DNA of 64,000 nt from a virus. Positions 26,120-36,259 of this stretch are shown piece by piece. The stretch is taken from IMG/VR virus record IMGVR_UViG_3300020180_000010, positions 32,001 through 96,000 of that record. One strand, written 5' to 3'. The position numbers and the translations under genes were made by a program. A model generated the notes under the pieces. That model was not told the DNA's origin. It saw only the letters and a list, made by a program, of their open reading frames with translations, and made no database searches. How positions within the stretch are numbered: position 1 is the first letter of the stretch; the number at the start of each line of letters is the position of its first letter.

Positions 26120-29100
26120 CTATAATCCCAGCAAACTAGTCAGCTTGGAAGCATCGACATTTACGAAATTATTATTAAATCCAGACTTTTTCAAATACAC
26201 TTGAATCTGTACTTTTGTATTGAGACTGAGTTTCGTAGGATCTTTCAGTAAATAAGCGAAGTTCATACGCAACAGCCCTGATACATAATCGATATGTAGA
26301 CCCATTCGATGATCCACTATGACTCCTGAGTACCCATCAGTACTGACTCCTGCCAGGTCTGCATAGAATGATTGAATGGATGCCGAGAACCTTACCTGAT
26401 TCTGAGCCGTTGCGGTGAGACTCGGAACAAAGCTGCAATCGGAGAACTTCATCGCCGGATATCCGATCCGAGTCACACCGGACCCCGGTACAACCTCTGC
26501 AACGAAATCTGTAAAGATATTTATGGTCTTCTCTGTCAAAAACAGTATCGTCGGAACCTCTAGTACAATCGTCCCGATCTCCAGATCCATCTTGTATAGA
26601 GACCCATCCTTATTCTGAAGCGTCTCTCCGATAATTAGATTGTTAGGAATGAAGAAGTCATTTCGACCAGGATCCGTCCCGGCCAGAACAGGATATGCTC
26701 CGCATTCAACCTGTTTCGGCTCACAGGACCGGAGTGGAGTCGATACGGCCCCGCTAAATGTACAGGCGACCAATTTGCCCTGACCATTCGTCATGATCAA
26801 ATCATCACTCCAAGTTAATGTCTTGATGATATTTAGAGTGCTGGGAGTGGTAGTGTAGTTCCGAGCAGCAAGACTCGTATCGCTCAATACAATATCCACC
26901 CTTGGATGTAGAATCGTTGCTCTGTTCGCGATATTGTAAGGATAATCGTCAGATCGATCAACCAAACGCTCCAATTGAAGCTTCATTACTTTGAATGGTG
27001 TTCCGATACGGTTTCCAGGTGACGTGGTGATGGGTACCGGAGCAATCTTTTCTACATACTGTGTCAACAGCGACACATCACCCACGCCTACCGTTCCGTT
27101 ACCATCAATATCTGATCTTAGAATTCTCAGATAGGTCTCGCTATCAGTATAGAATTTTCTGATACGTATGTTTGTTCCGTTCTGAACAAATATAATATCA
27201 AAGGTACCGATATTAACTGTATCAAACGATCCCGTCACGACAACTTTGTACGTCAGTATATTCGTGATACCGGTAAATACCGCGCTGGCATCAGTAATCG
27301 TGGCCTCGATACCACTCGGTAAAACCGTGAGTGTACATATACCGCTATAAATAACCGTCAACGTCGTGGCATCGTATATATTGTACGTAACGCCTGAATT
27401 GGTTACGAAATAGTTCGTATCGGTAAGATATTTTGCAATCGTGGGTGACGAACCGACACTCTTCCCTAAGAGTCCCGTCGCGAGTGCCAAATCCGCATCA
27501 TCAACAATTCCATTCCCGTCTACATCTCCGTAGAGCATCGTACATATTTCAGCTTTACCGATTCTGTACTGTATATTTGGAAGTGTAGTGTTGGGGATGA
27601 GTCTAGCGCCGATCAAATCACCATTATTGAATGCAGTTACCAGATTAACATTTATATTAGGATCGGTATTATCATCAATTATTTTGATCAGTAGTTCATT
27701 TTTAAATATAGTTGATTGATTTATTTTTGAAACTATGGTTGCATTCGAGATATCGATACTTTTTACATTTCGATCCTGAATGGTTGCGATGGTAAGTGGT
27801 TCTGTCGTTAGTTTTCGCTGGTCTAGTTCATCTGGCAACAAAAGTTCAATTTTCGGAACTGTTTGTTTTCTAGAAAATACTGGATTTCCGGTTCGCTGAT
27901 CCTGTACCGTACCGGATTCTTCAGTAGCAGCGCTGATCGTTGCGATAAATTTTCTAGTCGTGGTGAATGAGATATTGTTCTGACTCCAATCCTCAATAAT
28001 CCCGGTCATTGGATCGGGTTTAGTTTTAGGTATGGTGATTCCGAACCCAGCATCATACGCCTGACCATCCGAGACTTTTATCGCATCCGACCAAATCTGA
28101 AACCACAGATCTTCTTCTTTAATATCTGCCCATACCGAGCCATTAAATATCGTAACGTGAGAGTCGTTTATTTTATTGGATGCGGCAGCCGTTAATATGT
28201 TACATTTATCTGCGGAACCGGCTCGCTTCAATGTCCAGGCATAATAACTTCCAACGGTCAATCCACCATTCGCAACATTCGTATTACTGAATAGAAAGTC
28301 AATAGGCTGGAGATACCCGTCCAGAGCAGAACCGGCAGTCTGAAGCGTAGCGAAATTTAGAGACGCTTGCGCCAGAGGTATATTGGTGGGCGAAAAATCA
28401 ATCGCCAACTGCGGAACAATATCCGTACTACAGGCTACGCTGGATTGAAGCGCATACAGACTCAATACTAAATCACCTGTCCAGCTTAGATCGCTCGGAG
28501 TTACATCGTTTTCAACAGATAAAAGAACTGTTATCTTTTGAATGTTATTGCTGGTAGCTGCAAATTTCTGCCCAATCTGCGTCACGACATCGTTTCGTGG
28601 TAGCTTCCGAAGCTGACGATAGCTCGTTGATATGCCGAGACTATCAACGTTGTATCCGGGTACTGCTGCTTGTAAGAGCGTGAATAGTGAGCTGTAAGCC
28701 GGGTCAATAAAAAAATCTCTGAAAAATAAATTAGGCTCGATGTCCTGGGCTAATGATTTTGCATCCCTGGATACCGAAACCGGTGATGACTCACGAATCA
28801 GTACTGTACCGCCTAGATTAAATGATTTATCTTCCGCTCCTAATAAATCATTAAACAGTATCGAGACTATATGTATATAATGTTTTGATGTTGTTTGTTT
28901 TTCATTCTTTTTAAATACAAATGTATCGTATTGAATATTATTATTAAGATCCAATCCTATCACGCATACTTTAACGGTTTTCTTTCCAAAAACAGCAGAT
29001 CTGCTCAGTTCTACTTCCAGCTGTACTCCGGTTTGAGTATCAGATGGTTGCTTCTGCGTCAGAATGGGTTTCCCATCCAGCAGACCTACGGTGAGGCTTG

Positions 29101-29281
29101 AGTCGAAAAGAACGGGCTGAGAAAGAACCGCCGGAAGGATTCCGGAACCAAAATGGTTCTGGATGGTGGCGGAATTAATCTGATCGTTAAAAGTTTGTTC
29201 GTCTAGAAGATCATTCGAATCTACCTGTTGTGAATCAAACCACGTATTTTGAAAAGCTGAAACAGGTAGTCTTTTTGTCAT
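26120..29281 (-). CDS. Large virion/baseplate protein with two dockerin-like EF-hand motifs
   Basis: Last gene of the baseplate operon; WFDSQQVD..DL..EQ N-terminus; GDVDGNGIVDDADL and SDIDGNGTVGVGDV. Confidence 0.65.
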   Translation of the reverse strand: MTKRLPVSAFQNTWFDSQQVDSNDLLDEQTFNDQINSATIQNHFGSGILPAVLSQPVLFDSSLTVGLLDGKPILTQKQPSDTQTGVQLEVELSRSAVFGKKTVKVCVIGLDLNNNIQYDTFVFKKNEKQTTSKHYIHIVSILFNDLLGAEDKSFNLGGTVLIRESSPVSVSRDAKSLAQDIEPNLFFRDFFIDPAYSSLFTLLQAAVPGYNVDSLGISTSYRQLRKLPRNDVVTQIGQKFAATSNNIQKITVLLSVENDVTPSDLSWTGDLVLSLYALQSSVACSTDIVPQLAIDFSPTNIPLAQASLNFATLQTAGSALDGYLQPIDFLFSNTNVANGGLTVGSYYAWTLKRAGSADKCNILTAAASNKINDSHVTIFNGSVWADIKEEDLWFQIWSDAIKVSDGQAYDAGFGITIPKTKPDPMTGIIEDWSQNNISFTTTRKFIATISAATEESGTVQDQRTGNPVFSRKQTVPKIELLLPDELDQRKLTTEPLTIATIQDRNVKSIDISNATIVSKINQSTIFKNELLIKIIDDNTDPNINVNLVTAFNNGDLIGARLIPNTTLPNIQYRIGKAEICTMLYGDVDGNGIVDDADLALATGLLGKSVGSSPTIAKYLTDTNYFVTNSGVTYNIYDATTLTVIYSGICTLTVLPSGIEATITDASAVFTGITNILTYKVVVTGSFDTVNIGTFDIIFVQNGTNIRIRKFYTDSETYLRILRSDIDGNGTVGVGDVSLLTQYVEKIAPVPITTSPGNRIGTPFKVMKLQLERLVDRSDDYPYNIANRATILHPRVDIVLSDTSLAARNYTTTPSTLNIIKTLTWSDDLIMTNGQGKLVACTFSGAVSTPLRSCEPKQVECGAYPVLAGTDPGRNDFFIPNNLIIGETLQNKDGSLYKMDLEIGTIVLEVPTILFLTEKTINIFTDFVAEVVPGSGVTRIGYPAMKFSDCSFVPSLTATAQNQVRFSASIQSFYADLAGVSTDGYSGVIVDHRMGLHIDYVSGLLRMNFAYLLKDPTKLSLNTKVQIQVYLKKSGFNNNFVNVDASKLTSLLGL

Positions 29282-29319
29282 GATGGTCTCGGATCAATGC
29301 GTCGTGCCGATATTGGATC

Positions 29320-32300
29320 TTACTTATAGCTAATAAATACTCTAGAATTGGCTGGTTTTAAAGTTTTGATCAATGCTTCCAACACCTCCCGTACACGATC
29401 GCTATTCCGTACTATATCAAAACTGTCAATAATTCCAAGAGAAAAATCAAATAAACCAAAATCTTTATTTTTTAAGAGTGCAAAATCAGTATTTTTTTCA
29501 AGTAAACTATCTTGATCTAAAAGATATGTTGTGAAAAGATCCGTCGTAACGGGATACGCAGCGTTTATATTTTTATTATAATGAACATCAATAGATTCGC
29601 CAAACGCCAAATATGTTGGCCTGGCCGTATTGCTGATTCTTAAATTATCCAACAAACATCCTGCCATGAATTGACCCGTATGATCCGAACCCACTACAAA
29701 TTCATTTATCGGATCTCTAAAGTTAATATTTGCTGATATGTTGCCTCCTCCCACAAAAGACTGACCCAGAACATAATTTTGACCAAATAATAAACCAGAA
29801 CCGAACAAAATATTACCCCGTTCGAACCCATCCACAAAAAGTCTTATCTGGTCTATATTCTTACCTTGATTAAATCGCCAAACCGCTTTAACTCTATGCC
29901 AAGTACCCTGTGACCAAAATATCGGAACTTGTATTTTATAATCAGTTCCGTTCGCACGTACCAAGAAATTTAAAAACCCATAAGGATCCTTAAATATACT
30001 TAACCTGTCTCCCTTTAATCCATTCGGAACATACGTTACCGAACATAGTTCTTCATGCCGTGGTAATGGCCTTTTTAGCTTTATTGTATTTCCCTGTACG
30101 GTCCCGCCTCCGGTAAAATAATCCATAACCAAACCATTTTTAGGCTTGACACTCAGAACATTCGACGCCGTACCCTTGATTTTGACAGTTGTTGAATTAA
30201 TACTTACGGTCTCTTCTGTCTGGATTCCCGTGGCATCGAAATAAAAACGATACGCTGGATCTTTAAATGTATCGATCAGCGGTGATACCCAGAACTCAAT
30301 CGTCCCGTCTGTCTTTGTATTAAGAATTCCATCATTCTGTACAATAAATGGCTTGTCACGAAGCGATAGACTCTGCCCAAATGTTTCATTTGGACTCCTT
30401 CCGGCCTGGATAACTCCATGCTTTCGAAATACATAATAATCAGCAGCATTGCTGAGAGTCGTTTCATCCAGATGCAACAATACAAGTGTTGTACTGGTTT
30501 TGGAAAGCTGTTTTACCTGATTGTATTGCTTAGTAATGTTTCCATTTATACTTTCTTTGCCGATCTCGCCGATCCTGGTATCGGTCATGATGATTGATTT
30601 TATTTGAATTTCATCAAGAATTGCATTTGCCTGCAATTTACCATTTAGATCAGATCCGAAATAGATGTTACCATGGACCGGATCCATTCGGATCGGTATG
30701 TATGATTCATAATCAAATTCATACTGGCCTTTAGTTAACGCGTATGGTTGTTTAGGCTGATCCGCTCGTTCAAACGTAAAGAACCCGTTCTGTAGACCTG
30801 AACGTTCCGTCGTGACGTTTAGAATCTGATACGTCGCTCCGCTGAACGCGCTGATCGTACCATCCACAACTGCTGTTTTTCGATCTTCAGTTACCGACAG
30901 TACACGGTAATAACCTGCCGGACCTGCCGTAAAGATTTGAATATAGTTACCAACATCAATGCTGGAAAAATTACCATTCGGATCCGTAACAGTATTGCCA
31001 CTTCCGGATAATGTCGTTCCGAGAAATACTTGATAAGAAAAACGAATCACCGGAACCAAAGTGCTATTTTCAGCCGTAGTGATACTGTATCGCTCACGCA
31101 CCGCCACGACACCCGCAGGAATCGCTAAATCAATCGGCTTGACCGTTACAGATATTCCCTGTACTGAATTGTATTTATTTACAGTATAGAGATATGTATT
31201 ACTATTGAAGGTAAGGATCTCGGAAGTCGGTGTGATCCCGACCATTCCGGAAACTGTAATCGTTACCGGAACTGACCAATCTACATTGGACCCGCTCCAA
31301 TTTACCTGAAGTGTTCTGCCGGTATCCGACAATACTGGCTGATCCGGTAGGATTGTACTGGATACGAAGCTTCCAAGATTAACGGTACTGTTATCTGGAC
31401 CGATAACAGTACTCGCGAGTAGTATTTTAAATATCTTGACATCATCCAGACTGATCGGCGGAGGAAGTCTCGTAGCCAAAACATTTTGTGTATCTGACCA
31501 ACAATAATAAGACTGTCGGTTTCGTCTGAAATTCAGACCAAATGATTTGATCCGTACCAAGTCTCCTTGCTTCCCACCATTCAGCAATACAAGATTCGGC
31601 TGTAACGTACCATCGTTCGCCAGTATTCTTTCGATTCGGTAATATGGTATTATAGCTCTTATGCCGGGAATTTCTTGATCCGTATCCTTATAAAGGTAAA
31701 AAAGTAAAGATGTTCCGGTAGGAGGAGGTCTATTCAGTTTCAAATACCCAGCCGCGACCTTCGTAACAACATAATGCGGAGCTGCACCGATCGTCTCGAT
31801 CCGTACCAAATCTCCAACCTCAACTCCAACAATAATGAAATTTGTGGAACTGGATGCGATATATTCTGAATTCGTAACAACACCATCTGTATTGCTGAAA
31901 TAAGAATGTAGAAGTGTTACGGCGATATTCTTATAGGCATCAATTTTGGTGCTAACTGGTATAGTTGTACGGTTTACGCAGTATTGTCCTTGCGTGATGC
32001 TGGCAGGCATGACTCCAGATAGAGTTAGTTGATTTCCCGACACCGCAAGAATCGTATACCCGTTCTGATTGAATCCTGATTCTTCAATAAACAGCGTATC
32101 TCCGGGCAGGATCGCGGCAGCACTGAAGCTCTGTCCCGCCAGAACGACAGATGTTCCACCGGTTGTAACGAGATCGATTCCCGATATAACGGGTCTCGGA
32201 AGAATGCTCGTTATCTCTTCAGGATTGAGTGCTCTGAACTTTCTTCCAAAATCAAGAGGGATTCTTTCTCCGTACCGAATAATGTTAGGAGTCTCGAAAC

Positions 32301-35300
32301 CGTCTATAAATAGATGAAGTTCATCTTGTTGGTTTGTTGAATTGAGTATCCAGGAAGCAGCGACATGATGCCGTTCATTTCGTTTCCACTGGCTAACATC
32401 GGCGCTTACCTGAAATGTACCGCCTTCACGGTCCCGAACCTTGAAAACCAAATACCCAGAAGGGTCTTTCAATATTGAAATTCTATTACGGTTGGGATCT
32501 TTACCCGCATCCATAACGTAATGATTCTGATCCGCAACGAAGGTTATTCCTTGATGAGGATGATTCTGAATATTGAAATATATTACGTTGCTACCGCTGG
32601 TAATGCTTGTTGTATTGAGATCCTGGTCTCCCCAAGCTTTAACATCGAAATATTCACCATTTGTTTGGATTTTGATTTCATAGCTTGAAACGGATGGTGT
32701 GCCGAGGGCATCCACAACATCAACGAACCATCTTAAAAATGTTGATGATCTTGCGTATCCATCATCATAACCGTCTTCATATCCATCACGAATATTTGTT
32801 TCGCGATCAAGATATATATAGACTCCAGGTTTATTTTTGTTAGGAAGGCCCAGCGGAGAGATTTTTTCTAAATCCGTTCCACGCTTAGAAACTTTAAATG
32901 AATTTCCCGATACCAATGTAGGATGGTATTCTCCAGAACCCAAGAATATCTCTGATGGATTTATAATATTTCCATCTTTTTTGATCGTTATGGTGAGTTC
33001 AGCATCGTTATCAATTCCGTCCCACTGAGGAATGATCCAAGAAGAAAATGTCCCTTCTTCAAGTCTAAGATTTGAAGATTCCGGGAGAGAAATTGTCTGG
33101 CCTGGATCATCCATAAGGATTCCATTGCCATATTTACCTTTGACACGTTTCAATTCACCTGTTGTGGTGATGGGTCCGGGATAGAGGAATGAATTCCCGA
33201 GAGACCAATTTTCAAATACGCTTTCATCAAGATCCGGCACTACATGCGTGATGATCTTAACGATCTGCTTCATCGCTTCAACCGTTGGCCCCTTTATGAA
33301 GCTGCTAAAAGCTGCCTGTATGGACTCTCGATACCGCTCTCGATCAAATGTATTGTCGAAGACGTTGAGTAACGGGATATCTATCAATGAACCAAAGTTC
33401 TTTAACAAAGCATCGCGTAACGCACCTACTCTGTACGTAACATAATACTCATCACCCTCGACCAATGCCGTAGAGGTTCGGAAATCTATTTGATTTTCAC
33501 CATATTCGTAACTTATAATTATTTCATCAGCCAGATACGTATAATCTATATATTGATCGCCTCGATTATAATCTAATATAATTCGTGAAAGATCATTAAT
33601 TGTGAGCGTGGCCTTCACCACGACTCCGTCACCCACGGCAGGACTGTTGATTCCTGGCAGCTTTAGTTTGACAGGTCTTCCCAGTATAACGGTTCCGGAT
33701 CCATTCCATAATTCAGCTGAATCGGATATACGGATCACAGAATACGAAACCGTAATATTGGGAGGGGTTACCGTGAGATTCAAAGGAACCGTTACAATAA
33801 GATCTGCACCAGACTGTTCAACCGTCTTGGAAGACGTGATGACTTTGCTATTTAGCTGGATCTCTTTTTCTGAAAACGTAACAGAATCAGAAAAATTAAT
33901 CGGATCAGGATTGGTCTGAAGATCATTATATTCAAACAATCCTCTTATGAATGAAATATTATTGTTAACCCGTGGATCCAGCACTGCATTTACAAATGCA
34001 CCGATCCTCCCCGATACAACCTGGTACGGAAGTCTTGTACCGCTCAATACATGATATTGTTCATCCGATACATCAAAAGATGCCGGAAGGATACTGTCCT
34101 CCCCGAATGACGCATAATCAAATTCTTTGTCTTTCGGATCAAATATATTTCTTTGGTAAAACAAAGAAACGGGATTGATTACGTGAGGATAGATAGGATT
34201 GATTTGTGAAAGTTTATACGATACAGATCCGATATCAAATGTCTGAGCCGAACTCACGACAACATAAACAATACCGTTTAGATAATCTATCTGATACTGC
34301 CCGATCGTATTGAACCGATTAAGATTGACAGTCAGGTTGATATCTTGACTGAAATACATTTCTTTGACAAAGATATTAGTATCGGAGAAATGAACCGATG
34401 TATTGATGCTTGAGCCGATACAGTCTTCAGTCGCGGCAATGATATTGTTATTTTGTAGGGCGATTTTCAGGACTCTCAGCCCGCTTACGTTTAATTCTTG
34501 TAGAATAAATAATAATTCATTCAGCTGATCATGATAACTGACTCGTTCATGTGTGGCACCTTTTAGCTCCGGAGGGGTGCTGGCATTAAAGTATATGACG
34601 TCTTGATTCCATCGAACCGGAGTATAGACGAGACCTTTGGTTTCATTGAAAATTCTAAAAACGTTCGTTACGGGAGCATTCCTGACCTTCACCGCATTGA
34701 GTGTCGGAAGAAGTCTATTCTGGACACGTTCCGCCAATGCTTCTTCATGCACCGCTGCTGCAAAATCCTGCCCCGGAATCAATGTCTCTTCATACGTGAA
34801 TGAGATCTTGGCTTCCAGATCAACCAATTCTCTATCTGGTAACGGCGCCACATCATACGTAGATTCGTCATACACGTAATCAATAAGTGGCTCGAAAGTT
34901 CTGAGATAGGTATAGCTCGCCAGTGGAGGTGTGGCTCCGGTACCCTCGTTACGACTGGTAGCTCCGAATACATAAACAGTTCCGGAAACGTAATCTACAC
35001 TGTATTCGCCTATTTTTGTCGGAAGTGCTTCAAAAGAAAATGTTAGCTCGGTTGAAAATGCCGGATGTGTTTTGGTTAATGTTGGAAATTCATTCGCGTC
35101 CAGAAACTTTACTCCATTACTGACTGGACTGATTCCGGCATCCGTAACGATATGGGAGTTTTTAATATTAAATATCGTAAGTAATGGCTCGATAACCTCA
35201 CGAACCGTCTTAACAGTTTTAGTTACGGTGACAGAAGAAGAATCTATTATTTTACCTAAATTTTTATATTTATACTTTACTCTTACTTTTGCTACATTTT

Positions 35301-36249
35301 TTAATGTAAAATATTGTTGTTCAGTAAGTAATTCGGAAAGTTTAAATTGATTAGAGTTTAGAGTTAGATATTTAGATGCATGTTCTGTATCGTACCGATC
35401 ATCCAGTGCCAGATAACCTAATTTACTAATATCATAATCAAAAAAAGAGTTACCGTTTCCCAGTATATCATTATACAGGAACGTTAATCTTTCAAGCTTA
35501 ATAACAGGTGAATGTTTCAGAGTAACGATAAAATCATTTATATTGAAAGTACCTGCGGTATCGGTAGAGCTGAGTGTCAGGTCTTCTTCGGCATTTTCTT
35601 GCTGAAGGCTTATTAATGAATCGGAAAATACCGTAGTGATGTTGGCCAGGACCGGAGATATAGATTTCCTTTTACCAACACGAAGAATTTGATACGCACC
35701 TTCTTCATCCAAACGATCAAACGGGCCTGATTCGCGTGTTTTCAGCTCATCCACAACTAATTTAGTCAGATAATTTTCATTTTTTAGCTGACGAATATCC
35801 GCAAGCGCTTTATTAAGAAGTCCAGCCTGACTCTCAATAGCCTGACTGACAATCGTTCCATCATCAATATCGTAGATCTGTTCCCTCAGCAATGCTTTCA
35901 TATTTTTAATGAAAGGATTGCTTGAATCTTGAGGAGAGCGTATTAAAGAGGCATTATTTTTACCGTCTTCGATCAAAAATGCTGTTCCGTTAACATTTTT
36001 GAACTTTGAAAGATCGGTAGATATGAATTCTATTTTGTATTCTATCTCTGGCGTCAGAGGCAAACACAGTATGTCAAGAGTTGAGCCGCTCACCACTACC
36101 GATTGAACCATAACCGGTGGTACGGAGGTTATTTGAGGCGTTATTTTGACGTTCTCAACCAACAAACCTGGCGTGAGGTTATCGCTGAAACTTACCGTAA
36201 GTGTCGTGTTGGATAGAACATTAACCTGTTTGAGTCTTAAATTTGCCAT
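29320..36249 (-). CDS. Giant baseplate/virion protein with LamG (concanavalin-like) segments
   Basis: 2309 aa, downstream of baseplate J. ERYRE...FIKGPT..AM wedge-like segment, GTIEFW, WHRVKAVW, LFVDG and LDNLRISN motifs, and a C-terminal KPANSR. Confidence 0.7.
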   Translation of the reverse strand: MANLRLKQVNVLSNTTLTVSFSDNLTPGLLVENVKITPQITSVPPVMVQSVVVSGSTLDILCLPLTPEIEYKIEFISTDLSKFKNVNGTAFLIEDGKNNASLIRSPQDSSNPFIKNMKALLREQIYDIDDGTIVSQAIESQAGLLNKALADIRQLKNENYLTKLVVDELKTRESGPFDRLDEEGAYQILRVGKRKSISPVLANITTVFSDSLISLQQENAEEDLTLSSTDTAGTFNINDFIVTLKHSPVIKLERLTFLYNDILGNGNSFFDYDISKLGYLALDDRYDTEHASKYLTLNSNQFKLSELLTEQQYFTLKNVAKVRVKYKYKNLGKIIDSSSVTVTKTVKTVREVIEPLLTIFNIKNSHIVTDAGISPVSNGVKFLDANEFPTLTKTHPAFSTELTFSFEALPTKIGEYSVDYVSGTVYVFGATSRNEGTGATPPLASYTYLRTFEPLIDYVYDESTYDVAPLPDRELVDLEAKISFTYEETLIPGQDFAAAVHEEALAERVQNRLLPTLNAVKVRNAPVTNVFRIFNETKGLVYTPVRWNQDVIYFNASTPPELKGATHERVSYHDQLNELLFILQELNVSGLRVLKIALQNNNIIAATEDCIGSSINTSVHFSDTNIFVKEMYFSQDINLTVNLNRFNTIGQYQIDYLNGIVYVVVSSAQTFDIGSVSYKLSQINPIYPHVINPVSLFYQRNIFDPKDKEFDYASFGEDSILPASFDVSDEQYHVLSGTRLPYQVVSGRIGAFVNAVLDPRVNNNISFIRGLFEYNDLQTNPDPINFSDSVTFSEKEIQLNSKVITSSKTVEQSGADLIVTVPLNLTVTPPNITVSYSVIRISDSAELWNGSGTVILGRPVKLKLPGINSPAVGDGVVVKATLTINDLSRIILDYNRGDQYIDYTYLADEIIISYEYGENQIDFRTSTALVEGDEYYVTYRVGALRDALLKNFGSLIDIPLLNVFDNTFDRERYRESIQAAFSSFIKGPTVEAMKQIVKIITHVVPDLDESVFENWSLGNSFLYPGPITTTGELKRVKGKYGNGILMDDPGQTISLPESSNLRLEEGTFSSWIIPQWDGIDNDAELTITIKKDGNIINPSEIFLGSGEYHPTLVSGNSFKVSKRGTDLEKISPLGLPNKNKPGVYIYLDRETNIRDGYEDGYDDGYARSSTFLRWFVDVVDALGTPSVSSYEIKIQTNGEYFDVKAWGDQDLNTTSITSGSNVIYFNIQNHPHQGITFVADQNHYVMDAGKDPNRNRISILKDPSGYLVFKVRDREGGTFQVSADVSQWKRNERHHVAASWILNSTNQQDELHLFIDGFETPNIIRYGERIPLDFGRKFRALNPEEITSILPRPVISGIDLVTTGGTSVVLAGQSFSAAAILPGDTLFIEESGFNQNGYTILAVSGNQLTLSGVMPASITQGQYCVNRTTIPVSTKIDAYKNIAVTLLHSYFSNTDGVVTNSEYIASSSTNFIIVGVEVGDLVRIETIGAAPHYVVTKVAAGYLKLNRPPPTGTSLLFYLYKDTDQEIPGIRAIIPYYRIERILANDGTLQPNLVLLNGGKQGDLVRIKSFGLNFRRNRQSYYCWSDTQNVLATRLPPPISLDDVKIFKILLASTVIGPDNSTVNLGSFVSSTILPDQPVLSDTGRTLQVNWSGSNVDWSVPVTITVSGMVGITPTSEILTFNSNTYLYTVNKYNSVQGISVTVKPIDLAIPAGVVAVRERYSITTAENSTLVPVIRFSYQVFLGTTLSGSGNTVTDPNGNFSSIDVGNYIQIFTAGPAGYYRVLSVTEDRKTAVVDGTISAFSGATYQILNVTTERSGLQNGFFTFERADQPKQPYALTKGQYEFDYESYIPIRMDPVHGNIYFGSDLNGKLQANAILDEIQIKSIIMTDTRIGEIGKESINGNITKQYNQVKQLSKTSTTLVLLHLDETTLSNAADYYVFRKHGVIQAGRSPNETFGQSLSLRDKPFIVQNDGILNTKTDGTIEFWVSPLIDTFKDPAYRFYFDATGIQTEETVSINSTTVKIKGTASNVLSVKPKNGLVMDYFTGGGTVQGNTIKLKRPLPRHEELCSVTYVPNGLKGDRLSIFKDPYGFLNFLVRANGTDYKIQVPIFWSQGTWHRVKAVWRFNQGKNIDQIRLFVDGFERGNILFGSGLLFGQNYVLGQSFVGGGNISANINFRDPINEFVVGSDHTGQFMAGCLLDNLRISNTARPTYLAFGESIDVHYNKNINAAYPVTTDLFTTYLLDQDSLLEKNTDFALLKNKDFGLFDFSLGIIDSFDIVRNSDRVREVLEALIKTLKPANSRVFISYK

Positions 36250-36259
36250 CTAGCTGACC

